NCBI GenBank assembly: GCA_023391315.1
Contig: JAEWBD010000420.1
Span: 1 to 57,403, forward strand
From: Bacteroidota bacterium
GTDB taxonomy: Bacteria > Bacteroidota > Bacteroidia > Chitinophagales > Chitinophagaceae
Reading direction: 5' to 3'
Length of the DNA: 57,403 nt
The notes under the pieces: generated by a model
Database searches by the model: none
Seen by the model: the letters and a program-made list of their open reading frames with translations, nothing else
What the model was told of the DNA's origin: nothing
In this document: one piece after another, positions 17,704-28,423 of the stretch
Numbering within the stretch: position 1 is the stretch's first letter
Layout of the letters: every line of letters begins with the position of its first letter
Translations under genes and position numbers: made by a program

Positions 17704-20700
17704 ATGAAACAAAATTTTACGCTTGTTTTTCTTTTATTGGTATTATTTCTTGCAGGTTTCCATAAAAATGTAAAAGCACAATCTGTTTTAGATCCCAATG
17801 ACCCGGTAATCAATTACGATCCGCAGAACCCACCCACAGAACCGCCTTATGGTCAGATAGGCAAATGGGTTAGAACAAAAAATGTATCATGGAATTCAGA
17901 TTCTTATAAGGCCTACATCTACGAAGGCTCCTGTTTCCGCTTAAAATTTCCCAAAACTTATAACCCCACAGTAAATGATGGTAAAAAATATCCAATGGCA
18001 ATCGTATTTCATGGCGGTGGGGAAAGTGGTCCTATAACGGATAATGAAAGTCAATTATATCATGGTGGCAAGCCTTATATGGATGCAGTTGACAATGGCA
18101 CATTCGATGGGTATGTGTTGTTCATGCAAAGCCAGGGGTTCTGGGGCGTTACCTCCTATCAAAGGGTGATTGATATTATTGATTATATCGTTCAATATAA
18201 TAAGCTTGATCCCTTTTGCATGAGCGTAAACGGTTTGTCTTCCGGCGGACAGGCATCGTGGGATATGATTCTTAATTATCCTGATTATATAGGGGCATCA
18301 TTACCCATGTCAAGCGTATCTATCGGCTATAAAGAGCCTTCCGTAGTGAATAAACTAAAGTTTACACCTATATGGAATTTCCAGGGCGAGCTCGATGGCT
18401 CGCCTTCACCCTCTACCGCACAACAGGTACGCGACGCTATGCTTGCTGCAGGTGCAAATTATCGTTACTCTGAGTATGCCAATACAGCGCATAGCACATG
18501 GGACAAGGCATTTGCTGAACCCGATTTTTTTCCGTTCATACTAAGAGGGTACAGCTCTAACCCCTGGGTTTTATATGGCAGGACCGGGTTTTGTACCGGC
18601 GACGCCATAAATGTTACCATTGGCGTTGCAACCGGGTTTGATAAATATGAATGGAAAAAAAACGGGAACCTTATTGCCGGCGCCACCGGCAATACAATTA
18701 CAACAACTTCATTTGGAATTTATGAGGCAAGGGTTTTAAGAGGAACATTATGGTCTGACTGGTCGCGTATACCGGTGAATATACATGTAACACCACCTAC
18801 AAAAGCGCCACCAATAAAGGTTTCAGGCTTAATGAGCCCTGTAATTGTTTCCGGGGATGGTAAAAATTATGTCAATCTTGAAATACCCGACAGTGGTTAT
18901 ACCAGCTATACCTGGAAGAAAGCCGGCAACAGCACTGTGCTGGGAACCGAAAGAATATTCAAGGCAACAGAGCCGGGTAATTACACAGTTTCTGTAACAG
19001 AAGAATATAGTTGTTCCAGCATTCCGTCTGACCCCTTTTTAGTGGTGAATGCCGCTGGGCAAAATGCTCCACCGCCTGCTACCAACCTGGTTGCCAATGC
19101 CAATTCGGGAACGGAAGTTTTGCTTACCTGGTTAGATAACCCGCATCCCTCATATAACGAAACAGCCTTTGAAATTTACAGAAGCCAGTCTGCCACAGGA
19201 GGATTTAGCTACATTGGCAAGGCCCCATCCGATAGTTTGGAATACAGGGATGCTACCGCTTCTCCGGGTTTAAATTATTATTATAAAGTAAGAGCTATAA
19301 ACAATAATGGGGCAGCTGCAATGTCGAATATTGCCAATACAATTACAACTGTCGACAACATTGCGCCGACGGCGCCGGCTAACCTTCAAATTGTTTATAC
19401 AACCAATTCTTCTATAAAAATTTCATGGAGCAGTTCAACGGATAATATTGGCGTAACCGGTTACCAGGTATTTTTAAACGGTGAGAAAAGTTATGTTTCC
19501 ACCGATACATCTTTTTTAATAAGCGGCCTTAAAACAGGGCAACGCTATACTATTTATGTAAAGGCTGCAGATTCAAGCGGCAATATTTCCCCGCAAAGCG
19601 AAATTAAAAGCGCAGCGGCCGTTTTAAATGGCCTGGTATATAAATATTATGAAGGTTATTGGAAAAATGTCCCGGACTTTAATACACTTACACCTTTGGA
19701 AACAGGCATCACCCCTAACGTTAACCTGAAGCCTGCACGGCGGCAGCCTCAGCTTGCATTTCTTTGGGAGGGCTATATAAATATTCCCGTTGATGGCACC
19801 TACACTTTTACCACTAATTCAGATGATGGCAGCAAATTTTGGCTTAATGAATATGATCCCGGTATTATGCCGTTTATAAATAATGACGATGGGGTGAGAA
19901 AATCTGCCAAGTCAAAATCCAACTCCATTATACTTAAAAAAGGCCTCTACCCTATAAGTCTCGGATATTTTCAGAATAAGGGCCCCAGAACAATGCAGTT
20001 AGCGTGGTCATGCAAAGAGCTGTTTGGAAACACAACAACACGTATAATTGCCAACATGTATTTCAAAAGCGATTATGTACCTGAAGGAACAGCGCCGAAG
20101 AAACCATTAAACCTCCAGGCAGCAGCAACATCGTTCGATAAAATAAATCTTACCTGGACAGATAACAGTAACAATGAAACCGGCTTCCAGGTTTACAGGA
20201 AAGTGGTGAACGGAACAGAAGAGATCATCCATACAACGGCAGCAGGAGTTTCAGCTTTTACAGATTCAGGTTTAAACCCGCGCACAAAATACATTTACCG
20301 CGTAAACGCTGTAAACGAATTTGGCACTTCTGCAAAAACGCCGTTAGTAAATGCTACCACCACAGCCATGCCGGCTATAAAAACGCCCACATTATTTAAA
20401 GCAACAACGCTATCTTCCTCATCAGTTAAATTAACGTGGAAAGACAACAATACCACAGAAACCGGCTACCAGGTATTCAGGTCTGTATCAGACAGCCTGC
20501 ATTTTAAACCTGCTGCTATATTACCGGAAAACAGCAGTACTTATACAGATAGTAATCTTTATGGAAACATGGTTTACTATTATAAAGTGAAAGCCATAAA
20601 TAGTTTGGCAACGTCTCAGGCTACGGTTGCAGTAAAAGGCATCACGTTAAACAACAGGCCTTTAATAGATAATGGTTTTTTAAACAGTCAGCAATTAACG

Positions 20701-23700
20701 GTAAAGGCTGGCGCGCAAACGATTGTACAGATTAATGCAAGCGATGCGGATGGTGACCGGCTTACTTTCTCATTTTCCAATATTCCATCTTTTGCAGGTT
20801 TTACAGATAATGGAAACGGAACAGCAACGTTTGCCTTCAATCCATTAAGCACCAATACCGGAACATATAACGGGTTAAAAATTCGTGTTACAGATACACA
20901 TGGCGGTAAAGACAGCCTGGTGTTTACACTTATTGTAAATACGAATACAAATCCGGTTATGGATTCCATAGCGGATTATACAGTAAGCGAAGGCGGGCAT
21001 TTGAATATAACATTAAATGCAACCGACCCCAATACTGCTCAAACACTTCAATGGTCAGTTAAAGGTTTGCCCGCTGGCTATTCCATTTCACCCATAGATA
21101 ACAGATCTGCAGCATTGATAATAAATCCTGGTTACGATGCCTCCGGCATATATAATGCAGAAGTGACGGTAAATGATGGCGCAGGTGGAATTGTAAAACG
21201 CAGTTTTATACTAACTGTATCCGATTATGATCCTAACCTGGAGGTTTATATAAGATTCAAAGATCGAAATGATATGGGCGCGCCGTGGAATAATATAACC
21301 TCAGTAAACACTCCGGTTTTAAAAGATAATCTTGGCAGAACAACCAATATCGGGTTGAATTTGCAAACAAGCTGGTGGTCAGTATGGCATGAAGGCCCTT
21401 CAACAGGTAACAACTCCGGCATTTATCCTGATAATGTTTTGAAGGATTATTATTATTTCGGAGTTTTCGGAGGCCCGGAAACCGTTACAAGCCAGATTAC
21501 AGGGCTGGATACTTCAAGAAAATACAGCATTAGTTTTTATGCCGGCAGTGTTTGGATAGGGGCTTCAGATAATGGCACTACCGTTTATACAATCGGGTCG
21601 CAGTCCAAATCTTTATATGTTCAGGGCAATACGACCAATACTGCAGATTTTAAAGACATTAAACCTGCAGCCAACGGCACGATCACCTTTACCATGTCAA
21701 AAGGCGCTAACACGCCTGTTGGTTACCTCAATGCCATCACTATTAAATCTTTCTATACAGATTCTATCAGGCCGGTGAAGCCTGCATCTTTACAGGCTTC
21801 TTACATTGCCGGGCAGGGTGTTCAGTTAACGTGGAATGATGTAGCTTATAATGAAACAAAATACCAGGTATATCGTTCATTTGGTTCAGGCAGCGGCTTT
21901 ACTTTAATAGCAGATAGTCTTGACATAAATACAGAAAGTTATATTGACAATTCTGTATCAGGCAACACCGGCTATTTCTATTTTGTACAAGCCGTAAACA
22001 ATACAGGAGCTTCTATTCCTTCCGATACGGCAAGTATAGTCACAGCCAATAAAGTTCCGGCAATAACACCCATAGCCAATGTTTCCATTAAAAATAACCA
22101 GCAGAAAAACATTGATATACTGTCGACAGATGATAGCAGTGATAACATTGTGCTTAGTGTTGAAAACCTGCCTTCATTTGCAACATTTACTGACAATGGA
22201 AATGGCACAGGGCGCATTGCCGTCAATCCAACAAACGGCATAACAGGAAGGTTCGATGATATTACAGTAACAGCTACTGATAACCATAATGCATCAGGCT
22301 CTGTAACGTTTAGCATAACAGTAACGGATCAGAATATTCAATCTGTTTATATTAATTTCTCTAATGGTGCAATGGCGCCGTCACCATGGAATAATTTTAC
22401 AGCATGGCCTTCGGCCAATGCCGGAATATCAGGGTTAAAAGATGATGCGAACATTACTACCGGCATTTCTTTAAAACTTCTGAATGGCTTCCAGGGTAAT
22501 ATTGCAGGTGGAATGCAACCTGGCAATGATTATAATCTATACCCGCAGGAAGTAGTGCGCACCGGCGAATATGAGGGCAGTTCAAAAATTGATTCCATGA
22601 AAATTTCAGGGCTTGATCAAACTAAAAAATACAACTTCATTTTCTTCAGCAGCCATGATGATGGATTAAACGGAAATACAAGGTTTGAAATAAACGGGCA
22701 GGCCGTAACGCTGGATGCTGCTTATAATATTAATAAAACGGTGCAGATAAACGGCATTACGCCTAACGGCGCCGGTGAGGTAACTATAAAAATATCAAAG
22801 GCAGCCGGAGCAGATTATGCTTATATAAATTCACTGGTTATTCAAAGCTATAGCAGCTCGCTTCAGCTTTTAGCGCCTGCAGATTTATTCGTTAAAGAAG
22901 TAACTAAAAATATGGTGAAGCTGCAATGGGCCGACAGAAGTTTTGATGAAACAGGCTTCGAAATATGGCGTGCAACAGACAGCAATGCAGTATATACTTT
23001 ACAGAAAACCGTAGCTGCAAATGTTACAGCATTTACAGATTCAAACCTGCTTTCTGCAAAAACCTATTATTATTCAGTAAGGGCTGTAAAACCAGGAGCG
23101 CAATCAGGCTTTTGCAATACAGTTGCCGCTACTACTTACGCACAGGTTATTTATGTGAATTTCACTTTTCAAAACCAGGCTAACGTACCCTGGAATAATA
23201 CATTAGCATTACCGGAAGATGGTTTAGTGTGGAATAATCTTTTGGATGATTCGGGTATCCCATCGTCCATTAGTTTGCAACAAACGGGCATTTTTGCCGG
23301 CATATATGCACCGGGTATGAACACAGGCAATAACTCCGGCGTATTCCCCGATAAAGTTTTAGCTGATAGTTATGGGTTGTTTACAGGGCAAAGTGCAACC
23401 ATGAAAGTAACGGGACTGAATGTTAACCTTACATATGATTTTACATTCTTTGCAAGCTCGCAGGCAGGAGGAGATGTGAATTCCTCTTATACGGTCAATG
23501 GTAAAAAAGCCGTATTGAATGCTTCGCTAAATACCAAAGGCACTATAACGGTTTATAATGTTCAGCCAGATGAAAATGGAGAAGCGGTTATTTCCATTGC
23601 ACCCAATACACTTACCTCGCAGTTTGGATTACTTGGCGCTCTTTTAATTAAAGAACATGAAGCTTCAGGTAATGCACCGTCAACAGAAAATACGTTGGCA

Positions 23701-24036
23701 TCAGCAACACTTATTGCTGCAATAAATAAAACTGCCGGAACATCTTCTTTACAGGCTGCTGATATAATAACAGGGAATAAAGTTGCTGCTTATCCTAATC
23801 CTTTTGTAAACGACTTTACAGTGGATTTATCTTTAACTAAACCAGATAATATCAGGCTTGAATTATACGCTATTAATGGTTTGCTCATTTTAAATAAAAA
23901 CATTGGAAACCTTCCGGAAGGAAAACATAGTTTTAAAATCAAGCCTGATGCCAGTATAAAACCAGGCACTTATATTTTAAAAATATTGTACAGGGATGCA
24001 AATGCGGCCAGCTATTTTAAATTATTAAAACAATAA
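17704..24036 (+). CDS. Large T9SS-secreted multidomain protein: alpha/beta hydrolase + FN3 + PA14 + Ig/cadherin-like + three repeated beta-modules + type A CTD
   Basis: Signal peptide; HGGGE, GLSSGG, QGELD, AHSTW; multiple LTWxDNxxxETGFxxYR FN3 repeats; PA14 YTFTTNSDDGS; CTD AYPNPF...KLLKQ. Confidence 0.88.
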   Translation: MKQNFTLVFLLLVLFLAGFHKNVKAQSVLDPNDPVINYDPQNPPTEPPYGQIGKWVRTKNVSWNSDSYKAYIYEGSCFRLKFPKTYNPTVNDGKKYPMAIVFHGGGESGPITDNESQLYHGGKPYMDAVDNGTFDGYVLFMQSQGFWGVTSYQRVIDIIDYIVQYNKLDPFCMSVNGLSSGGQASWDMILNYPDYIGASLPMSSVSIGYKEPSVVNKLKFTPIWNFQGELDGSPSPSTAQQVRDAMLAAGANYRYSEYANTAHSTWDKAFAEPDFFPFILRGYSSNPWVLYGRTGFCTGDAINVTIGVATGFDKYEWKKNGNLIAGATGNTITTTSFGIYEARVLRGTLWSDWSRIPVNIHVTPPTKAPPIKVSGLMSPVIVSGDGKNYVNLEIPDSGYTSYTWKKAGNSTVLGTERIFKATEPGNYTVSVTEEYSCSSIPSDPFLVVNAAGQNAPPPATNLVANANSGTEVLLTWLDNPHPSYNETAFEIYRSQSATGGFSYIGKAPSDSLEYRDATASPGLNYYYKVRAINNNGAAAMSNIANTITTVDNIAPTAPANLQIVYTTNSSIKISWSSSTDNIGVTGYQVFLNGEKSYVSTDTSFLISGLKTGQRYTIYVKAADSSGNISPQSEIKSAAAVLNGLVYKYYEGYWKNVPDFNTLTPLETGITPNVNLKPARRQPQLAFLWEGYINIPVDGTYTFTTNSDDGSKFWLNEYDPGIMPFINNDDGVRKSAKSKSNSIILKKGLYPISLGYFQNKGPRTMQLAWSCKELFGNTTTRIIANMYFKSDYVPEGTAPKKPLNLQAAATSFDKINLTWTDNSNNETGFQVYRKVVNGTEEIIHTTAAGVSAFTDSGLNPRTKYIYRVNAVNEFGTSAKTPLVNATTTAMPAIKTPTLFKATTLSSSSVKLTWKDNNTTETGYQVFRSVSDSLHFKPAAILPENSSTYTDSNLYGNMVYYYKVKAINSLATSQATVAVKGITLNNRPLIDNGFLNSQQLTVKAGAQTIVQINASDADGDRLTFSFSNIPSFAGFTDNGNGTATFAFNPLSTNTGTYNGLKIRVTDTHGGKDSLVFTLIVNTNTNPVMDSIADYTVSEGGHLNITLNATDPNTAQTLQWSVKGLPAGYSISPIDNRSAALIINPGYDASGIYNAEVTVNDGAGGIVKRSFILTVSDYDPNLEVYIRFKDRNDMGAPWNNITSVNTPVLKDNLGRTTNIGLNLQTSWWSVWHEGPSTGNNSGIYPDNVLKDYYYFGVFGGPETVTSQITGLDTSRKYSISFYAGSVWIGASDNGTTVYTIGSQSKSLYVQGNTTNTADFKDIKPAANGTITFTMSKGANTPVGYLNAITIKSFYTDSIRPVKPASLQASYIAGQGVQLTWNDVAYNETKYQVYRSFGSGSGFTLIADSLDINTESYIDNSVSGNTGYFYFVQAVNNTGASIPSDTASIVTANKVPAITPIANVSIKNNQQKNIDILSTDDSSDNIVLSVENLPSFATFTDNGNGTGRIAVNPTNGITGRFDDITVTATDNHNASGSVTFSITVTDQNIQSVYINFSNGAMAPSPWNNFTAWPSANAGISGLKDDANITTGISLKLLNGFQGNIAGGMQPGNDYNLYPQEVVRTGEYEGSSKIDSMKISGLDQTKKYNFIFFSSHDDGLNGNTRFEINGQAVTLDAAYNINKTVQINGITPNGAGEVTIKISKAAGADYAYINSLVIQSYSSSLQLLAPADLFVKEVTKNMVKLQWADRSFDETGFEIWRATDSNAVYTLQKTVAANVTAFTDSNLLSAKTYYYSVRAVKPGAQSGFCNTVAATTYAQVIYVNFTFQNQANVPWNNTLALPEDGLVWNNLLDDSGIPSSISLQQTGIFAGIYAPGMNTGNNSGVFPDKVLADSYGLFTGQSATMKVTGLNVNLTYDFTFFASSQAGGDVNSSYTVNGKKAVLNASLNTKGTITVYNVQPDENGEAVISIAPNTLTSQFGLLGALLIKEHEASGNAPSTENTLASATLIAAINKTAGTSSLQAADIITGNKVAAYPNPFVNDFTVDLSLTKPDNIRLELYAINGLLILNKNIGNLPEGKHSFKIKPDASIKPGTYILKILYRDANAASYFKLLKQ

Positions 24037-24059
24037 TTATAAACCGTAATTAAATCAAT

Positions 24060-24099
24060 AAAAAAATGCTTCCCTTCAAAACAAGGGCAGCATTTTTTT
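24060..24099. terminator. Bidirectional terminator
   Basis: aaaaaatgcttccctt...aagggcagcatttttt between convergent genes. Confidence 0.75.
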
Positions 24100-24118
24100 A
24101 TTCGCTTTGCGAGGTTAA

Positions 24119-24676
24119 TTAAACTGCATTTGCAAAACGCCATCTTGCAAACGCCAGTAATGCCAGCAGGCTTATCTTATTGTCATTTTGATCTTCTTTC
24201 CAAAAACCCACTGTTTTACTTTTTCCGGCAACCATGGCTATCTTCTCTCCCTGTTCCCGGCCTTCCGCAGAATAAAAAAGTGCAAGCGAATTATTACCCG
24301 TTTTCTGCAGTTGCAAAAGTTCTTTTACGGGTATGGCCATTCCTTTATCAGCGCCCTTGGCATTGGCAAACTTCCATTCTTTCACTTTATTGCCACTGGC
24401 GTCTTTTAAGGTTATAACCCTGTTGCTGGCCAGCTTTTCAGGTGCATTGCACTGATAGTAATAAATAACCACCTGCTCATTACTGTTTGCCTCACTCACA
24501 GGCAAATTATTAAGGCTTAAAGGCTGGTTTAATGCACGTTTTAAAACGAGTTTTTTGCCAATATAAATTTCATAATAATCAAGCCCTGCATTGGCCTGTA
24601 CCATAAATGCAGTGAGGCAGATGGCTGCAAACAAACCTGCTTTCAGCGCTGCTTTTTTGAAGAACAAATTTTTCAT
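24119..24676 (-). CDS. Secreted hypothetical protein
   Basis: Signal-peptide-like MKNLFFKKAALKAGLFAAICLTAF; start ATG 24676; divergent from LytS/LytTR. Confidence 0.75.
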   Translation of the reverse strand: MKNLFFKKAALKAGLFAAICLTAFMVQANAGLDYYEIYIGKKLVLKRALNQPLSLNNLPVSEANSNEQVVIYYYQCNAPEKLASNRVITLKDASGNKVKEWKFANAKGADKGMAIPVKELLQLQKTGNNSLALFYSAEGREQGEKIAMVAGKSKTVGFWKEDQNDNKISLLALLAFARWRFANAV

Positions 24677-24884
24677 GATCAGATATTTTACGATGAACAA
24701 TAAATTGTTATCAAAGTAAATGCATGGTGTTGCCTGGAAATAATTTGTTTGATTAACTGCATCATAATCTTGATGTATTGCTTTATCATGAAAATGCTGC
24801 ACTGCTTTATTGCATTTCATCATGCAAAACCTGCATTTTGAATAAAGGACGGCGGCATGCTGCAAATTGTTTATAATTTTAAGA

Positions 24885-25904
24885 ATGCATCTTTTCAGCA
24901 GGTATAAAATTGATCATATTATATTCTGGATTATTACAACAGTATTTTACGCTTATGTAACCACAGATGTTTTGCAAAAGACAGGCGCATGGCATTACTG
25001 GCTGAATATTTTTATCCGCAATGCACTGTTATTGCTTATTTGCTATACAAATATTTATTACCTGTTTCCTTCCTTTTTTAAAAAAGGCAAATACATTTTA
25101 TATGGCCTGCTCGTTTTTTGCTGCCTGGTGTTTTTTACCGTGTTTAAAAATTTACACGACACATGGCTGCATGGTTATATAGCAGGTAATGTTCAGAAGC
25201 AAAATTTCTTTTACAATACCTTTTATAATTTTTCCGTCGCCTTTTTCTATATGTGTTTTACCATGGCACTTATATTAAGCAAGAACTGGTATAAACAACA
25301 TTTATTATTACAGAAGATACAGGTGGAAAATCTTGAAACGGAGTTACGTTATCTCAAAGCGCAAATAAACCCGCACTTTCTTTTTAATTCCATCAATACT
25401 ATTTATTTCCAGATTGACAAGCATAATGCCGCGGCGCGCTCATCGCTGCAAAAATTTTCTGAACTGCTGCGCTACCAGTTGTATGAATGCAATGAAGAGC
25501 AGGTTGCTATTGAAAAAGAAATTGAATATTTAAAAAGCTATATCGATCTGCAGCGTTTGCGCAGACAAAATAATTATCACATTTGTTTTGAAGTTGAGGA
25601 AGGTGTACGTGATTTTTCCATCGCTCCATTATTACTTATGCCTTTTGTTGAAAACGCTTTCAAGCATGTTTCCCGCCATACGGATAAACCTAACAGTATA
25701 AAGATTTGTTTGTGCAGGCGGGACAATTTATTGCTTTTTAATGTGGCAAATTCAAAAAACAATCAGCCTGCAACATCAAAAGACAGCATAGGGTTAAAGA
25801 ATGTAAAACGAAGGCTGGAACTGTTGTATGCAAACAAATATGAATTACAAATAAACAATGAGCTCTCAACTTATGCTGTTCATTTAAAATTACAGTTGCC
25901 ATGA
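24885..25904 (+). CDS. LytS/YehU-type membrane sensor histidine kinase
   Basis: Four TM helices, LKAQINPHFLFN, PFVENAFKH, IGLKNVKRRL; ATG 24885 preferred. Confidence 0.94.
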   Translation: MHLFSRYKIDHIIFWIITTVFYAYVTTDVLQKTGAWHYWLNIFIRNALLLLICYTNIYYLFPSFFKKGKYILYGLLVFCCLVFFTVFKNLHDTWLHGYIAGNVQKQNFFYNTFYNFSVAFFYMCFTMALILSKNWYKQHLLLQKIQVENLETELRYLKAQINPHFLFNSINTIYFQIDKHNAAARSSLQKFSELLRYQLYECNEEQVAIEKEIEYLKSYIDLQRLRRQNNYHICFEVEEGVRDFSIAPLLLMPFVENAFKHVSRHTDKPNSIKICLCRRDNLLLFNVANSKNNQPATSKDSIGLKNVKRRLELLYANKYELQINNELSTYAVHLKLQLP

Positions 25905-26614
25905 TAAAATGCATAGTCGTTGATGATGAACCTTTTGCTCAAAAAGGACTAAAAGAATACATTGAAGAAGTGGATTTTTTAGAACTTATTGGTGTGTGTG
26001 ATAATGCTATGCAGGCATATCCTTTCATTAATAAAGGCGAAGCTGATCTTATTTTACTTGACATAGAAATGCCTGGATTATCAGGTATAGATTTTCTAAA
26101 ATCATTGCACTACATGCCGGCTGTTATATTCACAACCGCATATCCGCAATATGCTTTGCAGGGCTATGATTTGGATATAATTGATTATCTCGTAAAGCCT
26201 ATATCGTTCCAGCGGTTTTTAAAAGCGGTTACCAAGGCAAAGCATTTTCTCGCTGATAAAATGAAAGATGCTTCTCAAACGGCAGGTGAAAATGATTATT
26301 TCTTTTTAAAAGTTAACCAGCAGGTGGAAAGGATATTTTATAAAGAAGTTTTGTTTGTTGAAGCCATGCAGAATTATGTTGCCGTTCATCTCAATAACAA
26401 AAAGCTGATCAGCTATATTACTATTTCAAACATGGAAAAGCGGCTGCCTGCCAATCTTTTTATGCGCATACATAAATCATATATAGCAGCGCTGCATAAA
26501 ATAGATTCCATATCGGGCAACAAAATAATGATTCATACACACACATTGCCTTTAAGCCGCAATACAAAAGAAAAACTGATGCAGGCCGTTGATGGCAAAC
26601 TTGTTAAGAGGTAA
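25901..26614 (+). CDS. LytTR-family response regulator
   Basis: IVVDDEP, LDIEMP, DYLVKP, FMRIHKSYI. Confidence 0.95.
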   Translation: MIKCIVVDDEPFAQKGLKEYIEEVDFLELIGVCDNAMQAYPFINKGEADLILLDIEMPGLSGIDFLKSLHYMPAVIFTTAYPQYALQGYDLDIIDYLVKPISFQRFLKAVTKAKHFLADKMKDASQTAGENDYFFLKVNQQVERIFYKEVLFVEAMQNYVAVHLNNKKLISYITISNMEKRLPANLFMRIHKSYIAALHKIDSISGNKIMIHTHTLPLSRNTKEKLMQAVDGKLVKR

Positions 26615-26629
26615 TTTTTTGTACTTAGA

Positions 26630-27316
26630 TTAACGGCTGAGCGCCTTTAAACCTTCTTCATTAATTATCGCAATGTCTTTACCATTTGTTTTAATTAACC
26701 CGGTTTCTGTAAACTCTGTCATTAATCTATATACCGATTCGTAAGTGGCGCCTATAAATGCTGAAATATCCTGGCGGGAAATAGTAAAAGCAATATAACC
26801 TTCAGTGTTTACACCAAACTTATCCTGAAGTTCTAATAAAGCTTTGGCTGCACGGCCTTTTACGGGCAAGTGTGCCAGGTCGCGCATACGCTGTTCTGAA
26901 AGCTGTAATTCATCTGCCATAAACATCATAAAATCATACATAAATTGTATGTTCACTTTAAGCGTTGCGACAAAAAAATCGAGGCTCAAAAAGCAGATGG
27001 TGCAATTCGTTAAAGCGGTTGCCGTAATGGGATAAGAAATATTATTTGTTGAAAGCCCGCGGTGGCCAACGATATCATAATTATGCGCAAACCGCAGTAT
27101 AAGCTCTTTATCTTCGCCCCAATGTTTATGCACTTTTATCACACCTTCCAGCATAAAATAAACACCTTCAACTTTATCGCCTTCTTTAAATAAGATTTCT
27201 CCTTTTTTATAATCAATAATTTCCCGGTTAGCATCTAATGCAGGCCGCCATTCTTTAAGGCATTTTTGATAAAGAAAAGAATCGGCTGCATCAAAATTCC
27301 CTTTATGTTCTTTCAT
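26630..27316 (-). CDS. Crp/Fnr family transcriptional regulator
   Basis: cNMP domain KKGEILFKEGD; HTH SRQDISAFIGATYESVYR; ATG 27316 preferred. Confidence 0.92.
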   Translation of the reverse strand: MKEHKGNFDAADSFLYQKCLKEWRPALDANREIIDYKKGEILFKEGDKVEGVYFMLEGVIKVHKHWGEDKELILRFAHNYDIVGHRGLSTNNISYPITATALTNCTICFLSLDFFVATLKVNIQFMYDFMMFMADELQLSEQRMRDLAHLPVKGRAAKALLELQDKFGVNTEGYIAFTISRQDISAFIGATYESVYRLMTEFTETGLIKTNGKDIAIINEEGLKALSR

Positions 27317-27485
27317 GCGGATAAAGATAAACAGGAAGTATGTTTCTGCCGCAGGATATAGGTCCAATATAAAATCGCAGTTAATGAGTTTTGGGGAATT
27401 TACCTGGCCGTTCTTCTAACCATGTAAGGCATGTAGGCGGATGTCAGCAATTTGTAGTAATGTTTTCTTACGTTTCTAACATCGC

Positions 27486-28247
27486 TTACATGGGCGCACT
27501 TATATTTATCAAATCAGGAATTGCAGAAAATAATTTTGACTTTAAATTCACCACTTCTCCAATTATAATCACAGCCGGGTTCTCGAGCCCTGCATGTTGC
27601 GCCCTGAAATAAATGTCCCTCACTTTTCCTGTAACCATTTTTGATTGAGGCGTAGTGCCATTTTGAATAATGGCAACAGCGGTTTCACCTTTACCATACC
27701 CGGTAAATATTTCCATTATAGCTTCCAGTTTGCTCATTGCCATTAATATAATAACTGTGGCTGTTGACTGCGCTGCAAGTTTTATATCGTTTGATAATTC
27801 ACCGCTGCGCGTAGTGCCGGTAACCACCCAAAAGCTTTCGCTTATGCCGCGGCAGGTAAGTGGTATCATTTCGGAAGCCGGCGCCGCCAGCGCGCTGGAT
27901 ATGCCGGGCACCATTTCCACTTCCATACCTGCTCCAACAGCAGCGTCAATTTCTTCCTGCGCCCGGCCAAATACAAAAGGGTCGCCGCCCTTAAGCCGTA
28001 CTATGTTCTTGTATTTTGTACCATATTCTATAATAAGATGGTTTATCTCCTGCTGGCTTAATACATGACAGCCATATCGCTTGCCCACAAATATCTTTTC
28101 AGTTGCATTAAGTGCGTATTCCAGTAGTGCTTTATTAGCCAGCGCATCATACAATATCACGTCGGCCCGCTGTAAAATTTTTATGGCTTTTAAAGTGATA
28201 AGTTCAGGATCGCCCGGGCCTGCACCAACCAATATAAGCTTACTCAT
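27486..28247 (-). CDS. cobA: Uroporphyrinogen-III C-methyltransferase
   Basis: LVGAGPGDPELIT, RLKGGDPFVFGR, VPGISS. Confidence 0.95.
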   Translation of the reverse strand: MSKLILVGAGPGDPELITLKAIKILQRADVILYDALANKALLEYALNATEKIFVGKRYGCHVLSQQEINHLIIEYGTKYKNIVRLKGGDPFVFGRAQEEIDAAVGAGMEVEMVPGISSALAAPASEMIPLTCRGISESFWVVTGTTRSGELSNDIKLAAQSTATVIILMAMSKLEAIMEIFTGYGKGETAVAIIQNGTTPQSKMVTGKVRDIYFRAQHAGLENPAVIIIGEVVNLKSKLFSAIPDLINISAPM

Positions 28248-28423
28248 ATTAATATTATTTTAAAAAATATATAATATTTTATGGCACTAAATTAAAAATT
28301 ATATTGAAAAACATATTACTTTCACAATATTATTTAAATAATAATATGATTAATTAATTCAATTTTATTGTTTAAATAACAAGATTGTTTGCCAATTATA
28401 AATATTAATAAAAATTATACTGT

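Noticed and set aside
28248..28423. AT-rich palindromes between cobA and nirB as Crp/Fnr boxes
   Set aside because: No clear TTGAT/TGTGA-type inverted repeat; such palindromes are expected by chance at this AT content.
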